Shown here one piece after another: positions 1 to 13,450 of a DNA stretch of 64,000 nt. The number at the start of each line of letters is the position of its first letter. Within the stretch, counting starts at the first letter, position 1. Source of the stretch: the human T2T-CHM13v2.0 reference genome, Homo sapiens; NCBI RefSeq assembly GCF_009914755.1, contig NC_060929.1, one strand, 5' to 3'. The notes beneath the pieces were generated by a model. That model saw only the letters and a program-made list of their open reading frames with translations. It was not told the DNA's origin and did no database searches. The position numbers and the translations under genes are program-made.

Positions 1-4
1 AGCC

Positions 5-81
5 AAGCATTTCCACATATCTAAAAAATCCTGTGCTATAATTTTTCCACATGTCTAAAGCATTTCCACATATCTAAAAAA
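5..81. repeat. Short local direct repeat
   Basis: aagcatttccacatatctaaaaaa occurs exactly at 5-28 and 58-81, with a partial third copy tttccacatgtctaaa at 44-59. Confidence 0.9.
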
Positions 82-326
82 ACCTATCAGCAAAGTGTCA
101 AAAAGAAAACTTTATAATTGCCATTTTTAAGAGCAATTCAATCAAAATCCAGCCAAAGAAAGTAAGCAAAGTTACTTCCAGTATGGAGTCTTTCAAATTT
201 CTGTGTAACTTGGAACCAGTCTCTCAGGCCTTCTCTCTGCCTAAACATAGGCCAAAATTACATTTATGTTATACTATGGCTGCCCCAGGATCAAGGAAAG
301 CAAACATTGTAGCCTATTCCTCTCAG

Positions 327-384
327 AGTTCGAGTGGAAAAATGGGCCTGTGCCCCTCTGCTCTGTGATTTCCAATACGACATG
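327..384 (+). other. Candidate 58-nt exon of an unidentified host transcript
   Basis: Pyrimidine-rich acceptor cctattcctctcag ends at 326; consensus donor ATG|gtgagt at 384/385; two CpGs in a CpG-poor background. Confidence 0.4.
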
Positions 385-3300
385 GTGAGTCCATGGTGCC
401 TCATTTCCTTCCTGATGCCCCCGTGTGTAACCAGTATTCTCATTATCATGCTTCAGATATTAACCAGAAACTACATTATTCTTACTGTTGTTTGGGAAAA
501 AAAGAAAGAATTTACATGTTGTTTTTGTGTTTTATTTTAAAAGATTGGAAAAAGCACCTTCATATATGATTATATCAGCTCTTTCTCAAGGCCTAGTACA
601 AGAGGTCACATTATCAAACACTTTGGTACTGCACACCCCATAATGCATTCCCCCACTATGGTGTTTCTGATTGCAGGACAACATTATTAAGTTAAGGCTT
701 AATGTTCAAATATTTTGCAATTGTAAACTTAATTTTCAACACTGGCTCTCTATTGGTCAATTTGTTTTTGAAGTCAGGCTTCAGAATTTTATTCAAATTA
801 TTGGCGTTAAGTTGCTCTTTTTCTATTAAGTGTCTTTGAAGAATTATTTTTGGCATTTATTTGCTATCTTGTAACAAAATATATAATGGTTTAGCATAAA
901 CTCCACATTGAGCTGATTTCAATGCTTGTTGCCAGACCATTTATTTCATGATTTTCCCCATTTTTATCTTTTAATTTTGCTTCCTTCCTCTTTTATTAAT
1001 GAGTGATTTTTAAAAGAAGAGCACACGTTTGGCATATTTTCTAAGGTCTAATATACCCAAGGATGTATTTATGCTACCTTCACACAAGAAGGACCATTTG
1101 TGAATAAAATTGTTGAATACTAAATTGTTCTCTTCAAAACTGTAGACATTGCTGCATCTAGCGAAAAAGGGCAATTTTTCATTCCTCTTAATTGGTAATT
1201 TTCTTTCCACAGTCCTCATTTTAATTTTCTCCATTTATTCCCATAAGGTATATGATTGAGCCATACTTCCTCAAAAGTCAGAGTATGTGGAATCTTTATT
1301 GTCTTGGGATATTGATGAATTTCTTTCTTGGTTGCACAATTAGGAGGCATTTTCTAGTAGATATACACATGGTGTACCTCATCTGTGCAGAGATAGCATC
1401 TTCACCTATCCTTGTCTTCTGATATCTGATGCTGTAAACTCATGGAACATATGAAAACACACCAAAGCACACTACTTCCGAGGACAATGACCTCTTCCCT
1501 GTCCTGCAGTATGTCACAAAACTCACAAGATGTTGTGAGTCCCTGCCAGTGCCCTCGGTTGTCGCTCTGCGCAGATCCTTGCCTAACTTCCTCTCATGAA
1601 TTGCTTTCTCTGAGTGAATAAAGAAAGGTGGTTAGTGAAAAGTAGGAGAAGTGGATTGTGCTAAAAGGTGAAAGAGTTTGTACGACTGCAGTGTTGTGGT
1701 TTGCTAACTAATCCAGTTTTTATCTTATGATAGATCCTGATTCTCTGGGTCTGGGAGCAGGTGGAAGGAGAGGTTATCCTGAGGTTTTTGGTGTGTTCAT
1801 AATTTTTTTAGAAAAGTATTTCATTACAAGAAGCATTGCCTGGGTAGGTAAACAAACAGACAAACAAAAATAACAACTTTTTCAGCCCTTTGCCCTTACA
1901 ACATTCATTTCTAAAATTTCACCAAGTCAGGCTGGAATCAGAGTCATGGTTAGTTATCATCACTTACGTGCAGATTAATCTTAGGAAAAAATAGAAAATA
2001 TTGCTAATTCCAACAAAGATATAAAATAAGAAAATGGCCATTTATTTTGAGCAAAAGAAAACAATTATTTTTCTGTTACATATTTGAAGCTTTAGTGGAA
2101 TGTGAAAGTTAAACTCCTTATTCACAGGACTTGTTTTACAGTTGAGACCTTTCAAGGGCCCATTCCGTTCCAAATACTAGTGCCATTAGCCAAATCTGTA
2201 GCCCTTTAGAGCAATCAGTAGGATCGAATTTCAGGAATGCAGGGAAGCCCTGCTCAGGCTAAGGGCTGCATAGGGAGCTGGCCTTGCCTTTGCAGACTCA
2301 GGTGTTCAGGTCCGCTGAGAGGCAGATGGCTTCCATGAGACAGAAAGAGTCTAGGCAGCAGGACTCCCGTTGGTGTGTAAGCCTACCGAACAGGAAGCTA
2401 TAGCTCCCTTACCACCTAGGGCAGAGTGCTTCCACATCATATTTCACTGAGTCACAGTTTTCTGAGAATGTCCTAACAGTTTCATAATGACATTTTTATG
2501 TGGCTTAATTTTCCTAATTTGCTACAACTTGCATTACGTCTCTAACATTATGTCTCTACTTGCCTAAACCAAGGACCAGATGGAATATATTCTGGTCAGA
2601 CATCCAGACAGTTACTATTTAGGGGATAATGTAGCCTTTTAAAATTTTTCACAAGAGAATAAGGTCGGATTTTAGTACTCTCTACTCACAGGATAAAACT
2701 TATGCCAAGATAAATTTCAGCCCCCAATATTATCTTTCAGTCGGAAACATTTCATCTTGGTTTTAGGGATCCATTTGGTTTTTCAATATTTGGTAGCAGT
2801 GAGCTAACATATAAAATGAGATATAAATATTTGGCAAAGTATATAAACAATTTCCTTGATCTAGTGCAAAAATATTGAATTTCTGTTTCAGCACAGAAAT
2901 ATGGTTAATGGCAATTATATTTATGATATGTAAGGATGATTATATGTTAGGACTCAAAAGAATTGTACAGTTGAGCACTTGAACATATTTCTGCTAAATC
3001 AATTTTAGTAACTAATACAATCTGAAATAAGTAACTTTTGGGAAAAAATTCTTATGAGTTTTTGGTAGATCAACTACTTCTTCAAAAGCCAAACTTAACG
3101 TCCTATTTGTTGGGCCCTGTAACATCTTCCCAGTCATTACCATACTTGATCTCATAGAATAATTGATATTCTTATTCCTTTTCTCCTTTACAGTTTCTAT
3201 TTGGTTTGTGCAATGTTATTCTTAGTTCTCCCTCTACCCCTATAAATGTTCCAGCTCAGCTTGTGATAATTTCTTTCTCTTTTTCTGCTCCATAATTGTA

Positions 3301-3804
3301 GGTATGCTTCTAAGTTCTGCCGTATTTTGTTTTTCTGTCTCTTATACTTAGTTCTGAAAATAAAAATAAAAATACCTTCATCTGACCATGGAGGTTCAAA
3401 AAGCTGTTGTTTCAACACAGATCTCCAAATTATTCTCTTCTAAATAGTAATTCTGAATTTCTGATTGGCTGATTGCATTTCTACCTCTACAACTCATCTA
3501 ACAATCCAACATAAAAATTGATAATTAAATGTATTAGTTTCTTTTTAAAACTGATTTTCCCCCTATTTTCATTTTATTTGTGTGTGAAACAGCCGTCTTC
3601 TTATCACTGAGGCTAAAATACTCCAGGCTGTCATTAATTGCATCTTACCACCCCCATCTAATTTGCCACCATGTTCTGTTGAATCTAACTGCTAAATCTC
3701 TTCCTTGGAAAAGGTTTCATCAATTTACAATTCACAGTCCCTACCAAAGTGTGTGCAAGACTTTCTCTACATTCATGTCAACATTGTATACTAAAAATGT
3801 TTTA

Positions 3805-5421
3805 ATCTTTAGAGGGAACATTACTACCAACCTTACAGAAAATTTTCAAAAAATTATAAGAGAATTCTATGAACACTTTGTACGCTGAAAACTTAGATAA
3901 CTTAGATGAAATGGACAAATTGCCAGAAAGACACAAATTATCAAAACTGACTCAAAAAGAAATAGAAAATTGGAAATAACCAACAACAAGTAAATAAATT
4001 AAATTAATAACTTAAAAGCTTCCCCCAAAGAAAATCCCAGACCCAGATGACTTCACTGGTGAATTTTAACAAACATTTACAGAATAATTAACAATTGTGA
4101 ATAAATTATTCCTACAATACAAAAGATGAGAGAAAACCTCCCAATTCAATCTATGAAAACAGTATTACCCTAATATCAAAATTGGACAGACATCACAAAA
4201 AAAGAAAACAAAAGACAAATGTTTCTTGTAATTATAATTGCAAAAATCCTCAACAAAATGCTAGCAAACCAAATATAAAATGAATGAACCTTGAAAACAC
4301 AAAAGAAATTTTGTGACCACTTATACGAATGTGATTCTATTTATATGAAATATCCAGAATAGGAAAACCTATCAAACCCACCAGGCACCATTTAAAAAGC
4401 ATTATATACAATTAACAAGTGGGATGTAGCTGAGAAATACAAGGTTGGTTTAAATCTTAAAATCAATTAATGTAATATAGTATATCAATAAGATGAAAAA
4501 CAGAAGACACAGGGTAATCTTAATAGCCACAGGAAAAACATTTTAAAAAAACCAACACCCTTTATAATAAATATACTCAACAGACTTAAAATACAAGAAA
4601 ACTTTCTCAACCTAATAAAATGCATCTGTAAAAATCCCAGTACTAACATCATTTTTAATGGTGAGAGACTGAGAAAATCTTTTCTCTGAGATCAAAAACA
4701 AAATAAGAATGTCCATTCTCATCACTTCTATCCAACACTGTACTGGAGATTCTAGCCAAGGAAATAAGGCAAGAAAAAGAAATAAAGAGCATCTAGATTG
4801 GAAAGGTTGGAAAGGAAGAAGTAAAACTGTCTGTATTTATGCATTACATGGTCTTATATATAGAAAATACTAAAAAAACTCATTAAAAACTATTAAACCT
4901 AAAAAATGAATTCAACGAAATTTTAGGATACAAGATTAATACACAAAAATCAGTTGCATTTCTCTATATTAGCAATAAAAATACAAAAAAATGAAATTAA
5001 GAAAATAATTCAATTTACAATGGCATCAAAAGGAATAAACTATTTAGGAATATATTTAATCAAGGAAGTGTGTGATTTATAAACTGAACACTACAGAACA
5101 TTGTTTAAAAAATTAAAGGAGACCTAAATAAACAGAAAGACATCAAATGTTAATTGATCAGATAACTCAATATTGTTAGATAAAAAGACTCCAAAAATTA
5201 TCTACAGATTCAGAACAATTCCTCTCAAAATTTCAGCTGGATTCTTTGTAGAAATTCACAATCTGGTCCTAAAATTTATATGTAAATACAAGGGCCAAGA
5301 GTAGCCCAATAAATCCTTAAAAAGAAGAACAAACTTGGATAACTCACATTCCCTGAATTTAAAACTAACTATAAACTATAGTAATAAAGGCAGCATGGTA
5401 CTGACTATATATATGTGTGTG

Positions 5422-5454
<33 letters not shown>

Positions 5455-5493
5455 ATATATATATATGTGTATATATATATATGTGTATATATA

Positions 5494-5531
<38 letters not shown>

Positions 5532-6735
5532 CCAATATAATTTAATTTAGAGTCTAGAAGTATGCCCAATTGGTACCCTATATCTAGAATTGTCTATGTC
5601 TAGAAAAGAACCAAGGCAATTCAAATGATAAAAATTGTCTTTTTAGCAAATGGTACTGGAGCAAGTGGTATTCACATGCAAAAGAAGGAAGTGGACTTCT
5701 TCCTTCAATCTTTGAAGAATTAAATCAAAATAGATTATAGCTAAAACTATAAAACTCTCAAAAGAAAATATAGGAGTAAATCTTCATAAGTTTGGGTTAG
5801 GAAAGCCTTCTTAGACACAGAAGTACAAGTAATGAAACAAAAATAAATAAATTGGACTTGATCAAAATTAAAAACTTGTGTGCTTCAATGGACATCATCA
5901 AGAAAATGGAAAGACAACTCACAGAAAAGAAGAGAATGTTTGAAAATTATTATCTAACAAGGGACTTGTTTCAAGAATATATAAAGAGCTGTTTGCACTT
6001 AACAACAACAAGACAAGCAACCCAATTTAAAAAATGGCAATAGATTTGAACAGATATTTTGCAGAATAATTACAATAAAAAAGAGAATCTAGGCCTAGAG
6101 TCTGTACTCTTGACTTACTTAGACAGTAAGTAGTGTTGGTTGGTATATGGAAAAACTGAAACCCTTATATATTGCTGGTGGGAATGAAAACTGTTACAGA
6201 TGTTTTGGAAAACAGTTTGGCAGTTCTTCAAATGTTAAATATGCCAGTGATTCCACTCCAAGGTAAATACCTAACATATAAATATGGGCATGAATGTTCA
6301 TAGCATCACGTTCATAATACCCAAAAATGGAAACAACCTAAATATTCATAAACTGATGAATGGATCAATAAAGTGGAACATTATTTGGCAATAAAAAACA
6401 ATAAAATACTGATATGTACTACAAAATGGATGAGCCTTGAAAAGATTAGGCTAAGTGAAAGAAGCTGGTCATGAAAAACCATTTTGTGAACATTAAATGA
6501 ATGTGATTTCATTTATATGAAATATCGAGAATAGGAAAATTCACTGAGGCAGAAAGAAGATTAATGTTTGGGAATGGGGGAAATGGCACATGATGCTAAT
6601 CGGTAGCATTATCACTTTTGTGGGGTGATGAAAATGTTTTCAAATTGTTTCAGAACTCTGAATATATTAAAACAATGAATTGTATACTTTATGTGGGTGA
6701 ATTGAATGATATGTAAATTATATATCAACAAGAGT
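3805..6735 (+). mobile_element. Old 5'-truncated LINE-1 (L1MB/L1MC-like), decayed ORF2 plus 3' UTR
   Basis: Degenerate ORF2 sequence (gatgaaatggacaaattg, ORF 5852-6043 MDLIKIKNLCAS) and an L1M-type 3' end (aatgaattgtatacttt...gggtgaattg). Confidence 0.88.
5406..5531. repeat. (TA)n/(TG)n compound microsatellite inside the L1M
   Basis: Directly visible alternating TA and TG runs. Confidence 0.97.
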
Positions 6736-6880
6736 GTGAAATGTTTGCAATCAAAGTGAAAAAAATACATATCATTTGGATTTCATTTGTTATATATTTG
6801 ACTATGTGAAAGTGAGCATCTTTTAATATGATTATAAGCCATTATAATTAACTATTTATTGAGTACTCAATTTGTTTTTC

Positions 6881-8072
<1,192 letters not shown>

Positions 8073-8604
8073 TTATTGATTCGTAACTAAAATAGTACTT
8101 TTATTTACTAAGTAAAGTAGTACTTTGACTTATAAGTAAAATAATATATTGCCTGATGTGTGTTATGTTATACACCAGCTGTTCACTTGTATTTTATTTT
8201 GTTTATGGCAATTTTTGGCCTTGTAGAAAATCTTAATGTGTGTAATTGATTATCAATCTTTATGATTTTTAAAATTTAGATCTTGCTTGAAAGACTTTAA
8301 GATAAAAACAAAATTACTCCAATATTCTATTATTTTGGAAATTTTATCCTTTATCATTAAGACTTTGATCTATTTGGAATTTATTTGAAATTCAGGTTGA
8401 AATAATAATCTGGTATTATTATTTCAGCATTGTCGGACTGTTATCCCTCTATGATTTACTGAATTATTTATCTTTTATCCACTAATTTGAATATATAGAG
8501 TACACAAAATTTGCATAATTACTTAGATCTATTTCTGTACTTTTAAATCTCTGTGACTGTGCTGCCTGTTTAATCAGTCTTTTGTTTAGAAGCATTTATT
8601 TTCT

Positions 8605-9048
8605 ACAGGCCCACAACCTGCAGTGACCAGCGCAGGAAATCAACCCATTCTTCAGCTACAGGTAGCCAGGTCTCTATCTATAAGATAGACTATAGGAAGT
8701 CGTACTGCTACCCCTAGTTCAACCTAAAAGACCCAAAACTTGTTTAAACACTGACAGCTTCCTTAATTTTTATTCCCACTTCCAACTTAAGAAGAAACAC
8801 AGAAAGCCAAATATGCACCCCTAGCCAATCACATAGGATACCCTGTTTCTAGTTAGCTGCCTACAGCTTGCCCATGCCAACAGCCTCCAACCAGGGCATG
8901 CCAGAAGCTTTCCCTTTTTTTTGTTGTAAAGCTTCCCACTCCTCTGCCTGCCTTGGAGTGTCTGCCAAATGCAAGTGATGGTGGCTACTCCCTTGCTGTA
9001 GCAAGCTCTGCCATTGCGTGTTCTCATTTGGTTGGTTTCCATTCCACA
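8605..9048 (+). mobile_element. Old ERV-class LTR fragment (MER21/MER77-like, subfamily uncertain)
   Basis: Recognised LTR motifs agccaaatatgcacccctagccaatcacatagg and ctcccttgctgtagcaagctctg; ends ...ttccaca. Confidence 0.6.
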
Positions 9049-9329
9049 AGTGTTACTATTTTATGTGTATGTGTCTGTGTTTCCCATTGCATTGTGAGAT
9101 TGAAGATTAGCCTCTTGATGTATTCTTAGTTATATTTTCCTGAGCGTAACCTCGTGTCTTCTGTATTAGCAGGAAGCCAGGATATTTGTTGAATGCAATC
9201 TTTTTAGAGAATTTGATTTGCTTATGCTTCCTGATGCTATATAAAAATGTTTCCCTCTGTAGTAGTTATTTAGAGTTTAATAAATTATGTTGAGGAGATG
9301 ATGATAACGATAATAGATTAGTAATAATA

Positions 9330-9540
9330 CCACTCATCATATATCATATTGTTTTAAACATATTAACTGTCAACAGAGCCCTATAAGGTGGATGTTATGA
9401 TAACTCCTTTTTAACATATGAGGGCACTAAGAACAAAAAGCTTAATTTACTTGCCTGTGGCCACAAAAACTGGAAAGTTGGGGAGCTGAGATTTAACTCT
9501 AGGAATCTAAGCCTAAAGTCTGTGCTCTTAACTTTTAAAC
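9330..9540 (-). mobile_element. MIR
   Basis: Antisense MIR core (ccctataaggtg...ggagctgagatttaactctagg...gtgctcttaac). Confidence 0.7.
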
Positions 9541-9589
9541 TATAATATCTCTCAATTCTAAAGACAGATTTAATATTGTTCGCCTTGGT

Positions 9590-9970
9590 TCTGGAACCTA
9601 GGTATTAACTGCTGGGACACAAAAGTGAATAAAATAGGATCCTTGCCTTGAGGAATTTAGGTAATTTTAAAAATTACGTCTTTGTGAATGGGCACTCAGA
9701 GATTCACAGAGAAAGGGAGATGAGATGAGTGTTGGAAGATGGATTTTGTAGTGGGAAGTTATTTCCACCAGAGACTGTGCAGAGGCATGACTGGAGATGA
9801 GGCGTGTAGAGGAAGCGGAAAAGTGGGAAAGCCCTAGGAGAGAGATGGAGGCTAGATCCTGGAGTTCCTCCTGCAGGAGCTTGGATTTTACCCAACTTTT
9901 ATAAAAAGGAGACATTGAAGAATTTTTACTGTGGTGAGGGAGTATGAGTTGATATGATCAGAATTAAGTA
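9590..9970 (-). mobile_element. L2 fragment
   Basis: Degenerate antisense L2 motifs (ctgggacacaaaagtgaataaaatagg, ggagcttggatttta, atgatcaga). Confidence 0.5.
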
Positions 9971-10792
9971 TGTATATATTCCCTTCATTTTGGATTCAAA
10001 CCTCTTTCTTTTACAGAGCAGAACAAACAACCCAATATGAATTTTTGAGAGGACATGGGAAGGCCTGAGTTTACAGATAGGTGGGGGTTGGGAGTGTAAT
10101 GTACATGACATTTAATCTCACAACACTTTCCACAGGAGGTGGCACAAGATAAGCCAAGCCAAATGGTTAAGGAAAGGTGAAATGGGATAGCAATTCAGGT
10201 CAACTTGACTTGCATGACATTCCAGAGAGTTGCTTCTGGTCCTCATTCTGATTTTGAATGACTCACTTTAACCACTTTGGATCCCTGGTACCTTAACTGT
10301 AAAATAAGGTGGTATTATCCCTCAAGCTTTGTGATTCTTTAATTCTAATCAGAGAAACAATTAAAGTATGGTGAAGTGCTTTACCTTCTCAAATGAAGGC
10401 AATATTAATAATTTCTGAATAGAGTGGGCTGAAGTTCCCTGTAAGTGACCCCAAGGAGTGGGTTACTGCTATCCAAACACAATAAAGAGGCTATGAAACA
10501 AAAGCGTTTGAAACTCTACCAATACAAACAAAGTGCTTCTTCTCTATTAAAGCATTAAGATAATTCTATAAAAAGTAGAAAATTCCTCACAGCCCCAGAT
10601 GCCAAATCGATCCCTGAGTTCCAAGGAGTCTCAGCTCCCAGATCAGAGTCAAGATTTTAAAGATGCTTTGGATGAAGAGAAAAATATTTCCCTCCATTTT
10701 GGCCTGGGCCCAAGAATGTCAACACTGCCGGCTCTGTGAGCTTCACCTCTGCTGCAGCCATCTCTAAACAATGGCCTCTTAGGCTGAACAAG

Positions 10793-11348
10793 TGTCAGAG
10801 GTGTGTGAGCCAGAGCAACTCCATCTTAAATAGGAGCTGGGTAAAATGAGGCTGAAACCTACTGGGCTGTGTTCCTAGACGGTTAAGGCATTCTAAGTCA
10901 CAGGATGAGATAGGAGGTCAGCACAAAATGCAGGTCATAAAGACCTTGCTGATAAAACAGGTTCCAGTAAAGGAGCCAGCCAAAACCCACCAAAATCAAA
11001 ATGGCGATGAGAGTGACCTCTGGTTGTCCTCACTACTACACTCCCACTGGCTCCATGACAGTTTACAAATGCCATGGTACAATGTCAGGAAGTTACCCAA
11101 TATTGTCTAAAAAGGGGAGGCATGAATAATCCACCCCTTGTTTAGCATATCATCAAAAAATAACCATAAAAATAGGCAACCAGCAGCCCTCAGGGCTGCT
11201 CTGTCTATGGAGTGGCCATTCTTTTATTCTTTTACTTTCTTAATAAACTGGCTTTCACTTTGCACAGCAGACTCGCCCTGAATTCTTTCTTGTGCGAGAT
11301 CTAAGAACTCTATCCATGGGTCTGGATCGGGAACCCTTTCTGGTAACA
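10793..11348 (+). mobile_element. MER41A solo LTR (ERV1)
   Basis: Starts tgtcagagg...agagcaactccatctt, ends ...ggtaaca; 556 bp; 4-bp TSD caag at 10789-10792 and 11349-11352; AATAAA near 11243. Confidence 0.9.
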
Positions 11349-11829
11349 CAAGCGCTTGGTAAGAAAGGTCTCAGTGGCAGAGAGGGATTGCATAAAGGAC
11401 CTCTGAGTATGTGTTTCTGCATCGCATAAGGCCAATATGATGGGAAGCACTAGATAAAAACAAAATGTCCAAATCTCTTCTTAAAAAGGATACATTTCCC
11501 AGTATAAAGTTAATCTGTTACAAAATAGTTATGTTTTCTAAGGAAATTTAGAATAAAGAAGTAAGAGTTAAAAAAGTTATTCCCAATACCTCACTATTAC
11601 CCATTACCACTGGTATATTTTTCATAGTCTAGAATAATGGACCCGTTTCTGTTTGCTTTTTTATATAACTCCAAAATATGATAGAAACAATTGCTATCAT
11701 GCAAAACTTACTTTAAATTTAAATTTAAATAAAAATTAGATCCTTATTAAAATTAATTGGTTAATTAATCACCTGAAGAATAAATCCATGGGATTATCCA
11801 CAAAGAAACATAACTAAAAAATGAGCAAT

Positions 11830-11915
11830 TTTATTCTACAATATATGTATACTTCAAAACATCATATTGTACATAATCAATAGTACAATTTTATTTGCCA
11901 ATTTAAAATGAAATA
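11830..11915 (+). mobile_element. L1MA/MB 3'-end fragment
   Basis: tatacttcaaaacatcatattgtacata...caattttatttgccaattt. Confidence 0.6.
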
Positions 11916-12542
11916 ATCAATATTGTCCAGCAAATTTTAAACACAAACTGCAAAAATGCAATTCTAAAATGCATACCTACCATATAAGCGTTATGCTCCT
12001 TTATGTCAAGCAACTGTAGACATTTTAATTTAGTATTAAAAAAAGGAAATTCACTCCAGTTGTGATAATTAGCAGGAAAGTAAATAGAGTTCAGAAAATG
12101 TTAAAAGTTTGATCAAGATAAAAACAATACAGATAGAAGCTTTTGCCAGCAAGAAAAGCAAAGAAAGGTAAATACTTATCCATGCAGGAGATAGAGAGTT
12201 GACTTATTCCTATTCCCAAAATTCCTGACCATGAGGGAAAAAAATAGCTCACTGGGAGACATGTATTCACATTATAAAGAGTAAATGAGTTAAGAAAGGT
12301 CAGGGATAACTTACAGGAATATATTATGCACTATAAATCATTTTTTCCTAAATGTAGAAAGCATTGAAGAATAAACGTTGAATGTTGTCTATTTTTTCCA
12401 GCAAAATAACAGGACTTTCAAAAAATATCAAACAAATAGTTCAAAAACATAGCAATTCAGCAGAGGATAAATGTCTTGGAATGCATTGGCACAAATTGTC
12501 TATTTAGAATGCACTTTGGCCCAATTAGATGAGATGACTATG

Positions 12543-12588
12543 CAAAAAAAATTTTTTTTGAACAAATGTTTTTGTTCAAAAAAAATTT
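12543..12588. repeat. AT-rich perfect inverted repeat
   Basis: 18-bp arms 12549-12566 and 12571-12588 with a 4-nt loop; overlaps palindrome c(a)8(t)8g at 12543-12560. Confidence 0.92.
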
Positions 12589-12736
12589 GTTGAATAAAAT
12601 GTTAATGAATGGTAACATAATTATTGTGCCAATTGCTAAGCTAATTGCTCATTAATTAAACTATGAACATTCATGGGGAATAAATATTTGGAGAATAGAG
12701 GTGTGGATGGCATAGATGAATTAATCAAAGCCAATG

Positions 12737-12920
12737 AGTACAGTGGGTAAGAGTTTGGGCTACTTCCTAGTTGCATGATTTCGGGTGAGTTACTTCATAT
12801 CTCTGCCTCATTTCCACATTTGTAAAATGAAAATAATAATATCTACCTCATAGGACTGCTGTTATGACAATTAAAGGAGATGAGTCATTTAAAGTCCATG
12901 ACACAGTGCTGGCAGTAGAC
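12737..12920 (+). mobile_element. MIR
   Basis: MIR core gagttacttcatatctctgcctcatttccacatttgtaaaatg...ataatatctacctcatagg. Confidence 0.8.
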
Positions 12921-13249
12921 CCAGAAGGAACCAGCCATTGTACAAAGTAAAATAACTGTGGAATCAGATTTAGAATTCATGTTTTCTTCCCCCTTGTTTG
13001 ATGTTATTTAGGAGGTGATACTAAAGACATTGTCATAGGCAAAGTCAGTAACCCCTGATATTTGAACTTGGTGCAAATTGATTACTATGCTATTTAAAGG
13101 TTCATTAAATTTAGTTATTACTGTAATCTCACCCTAAACTTAATGGTGTTGAAACAAGGACTGTCTAACCTCTAAATCAAAAACTAAATAAAAATGTAAA
13201 GATGCTAAATGCAATCCTGTGGTTATGTATTCATCCACCATATGGTGTC

Positions 13250-13450
13250 TTAATGTGTTTCTTAGCATCTGGTGGAATAAAGCCAAGATGCTGGGTTTGA
13301 TCCCATTTGGGTCTGTTAACCGCTTTAGTGCATGTTTAGCTAAGTCATACTTGGCTTGCCAGCTTGCAAAGGCATGATTTTGGAAGGAACAGTAGTGAGT
13401 TATGGGGGTAAGTGATAGTTAAGAAGACAGGGGAAGGTGTTCATTCCTAA
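13250..13450 (+). mobile_element. Possible MamSINE1 (ancient tRNA-derived SINE)
   Basis: Decayed tRNA-like head: ttagcatctggtggaataaagccaagatgctgggtttgatccc...gggtctgtta. Confidence 0.45.
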
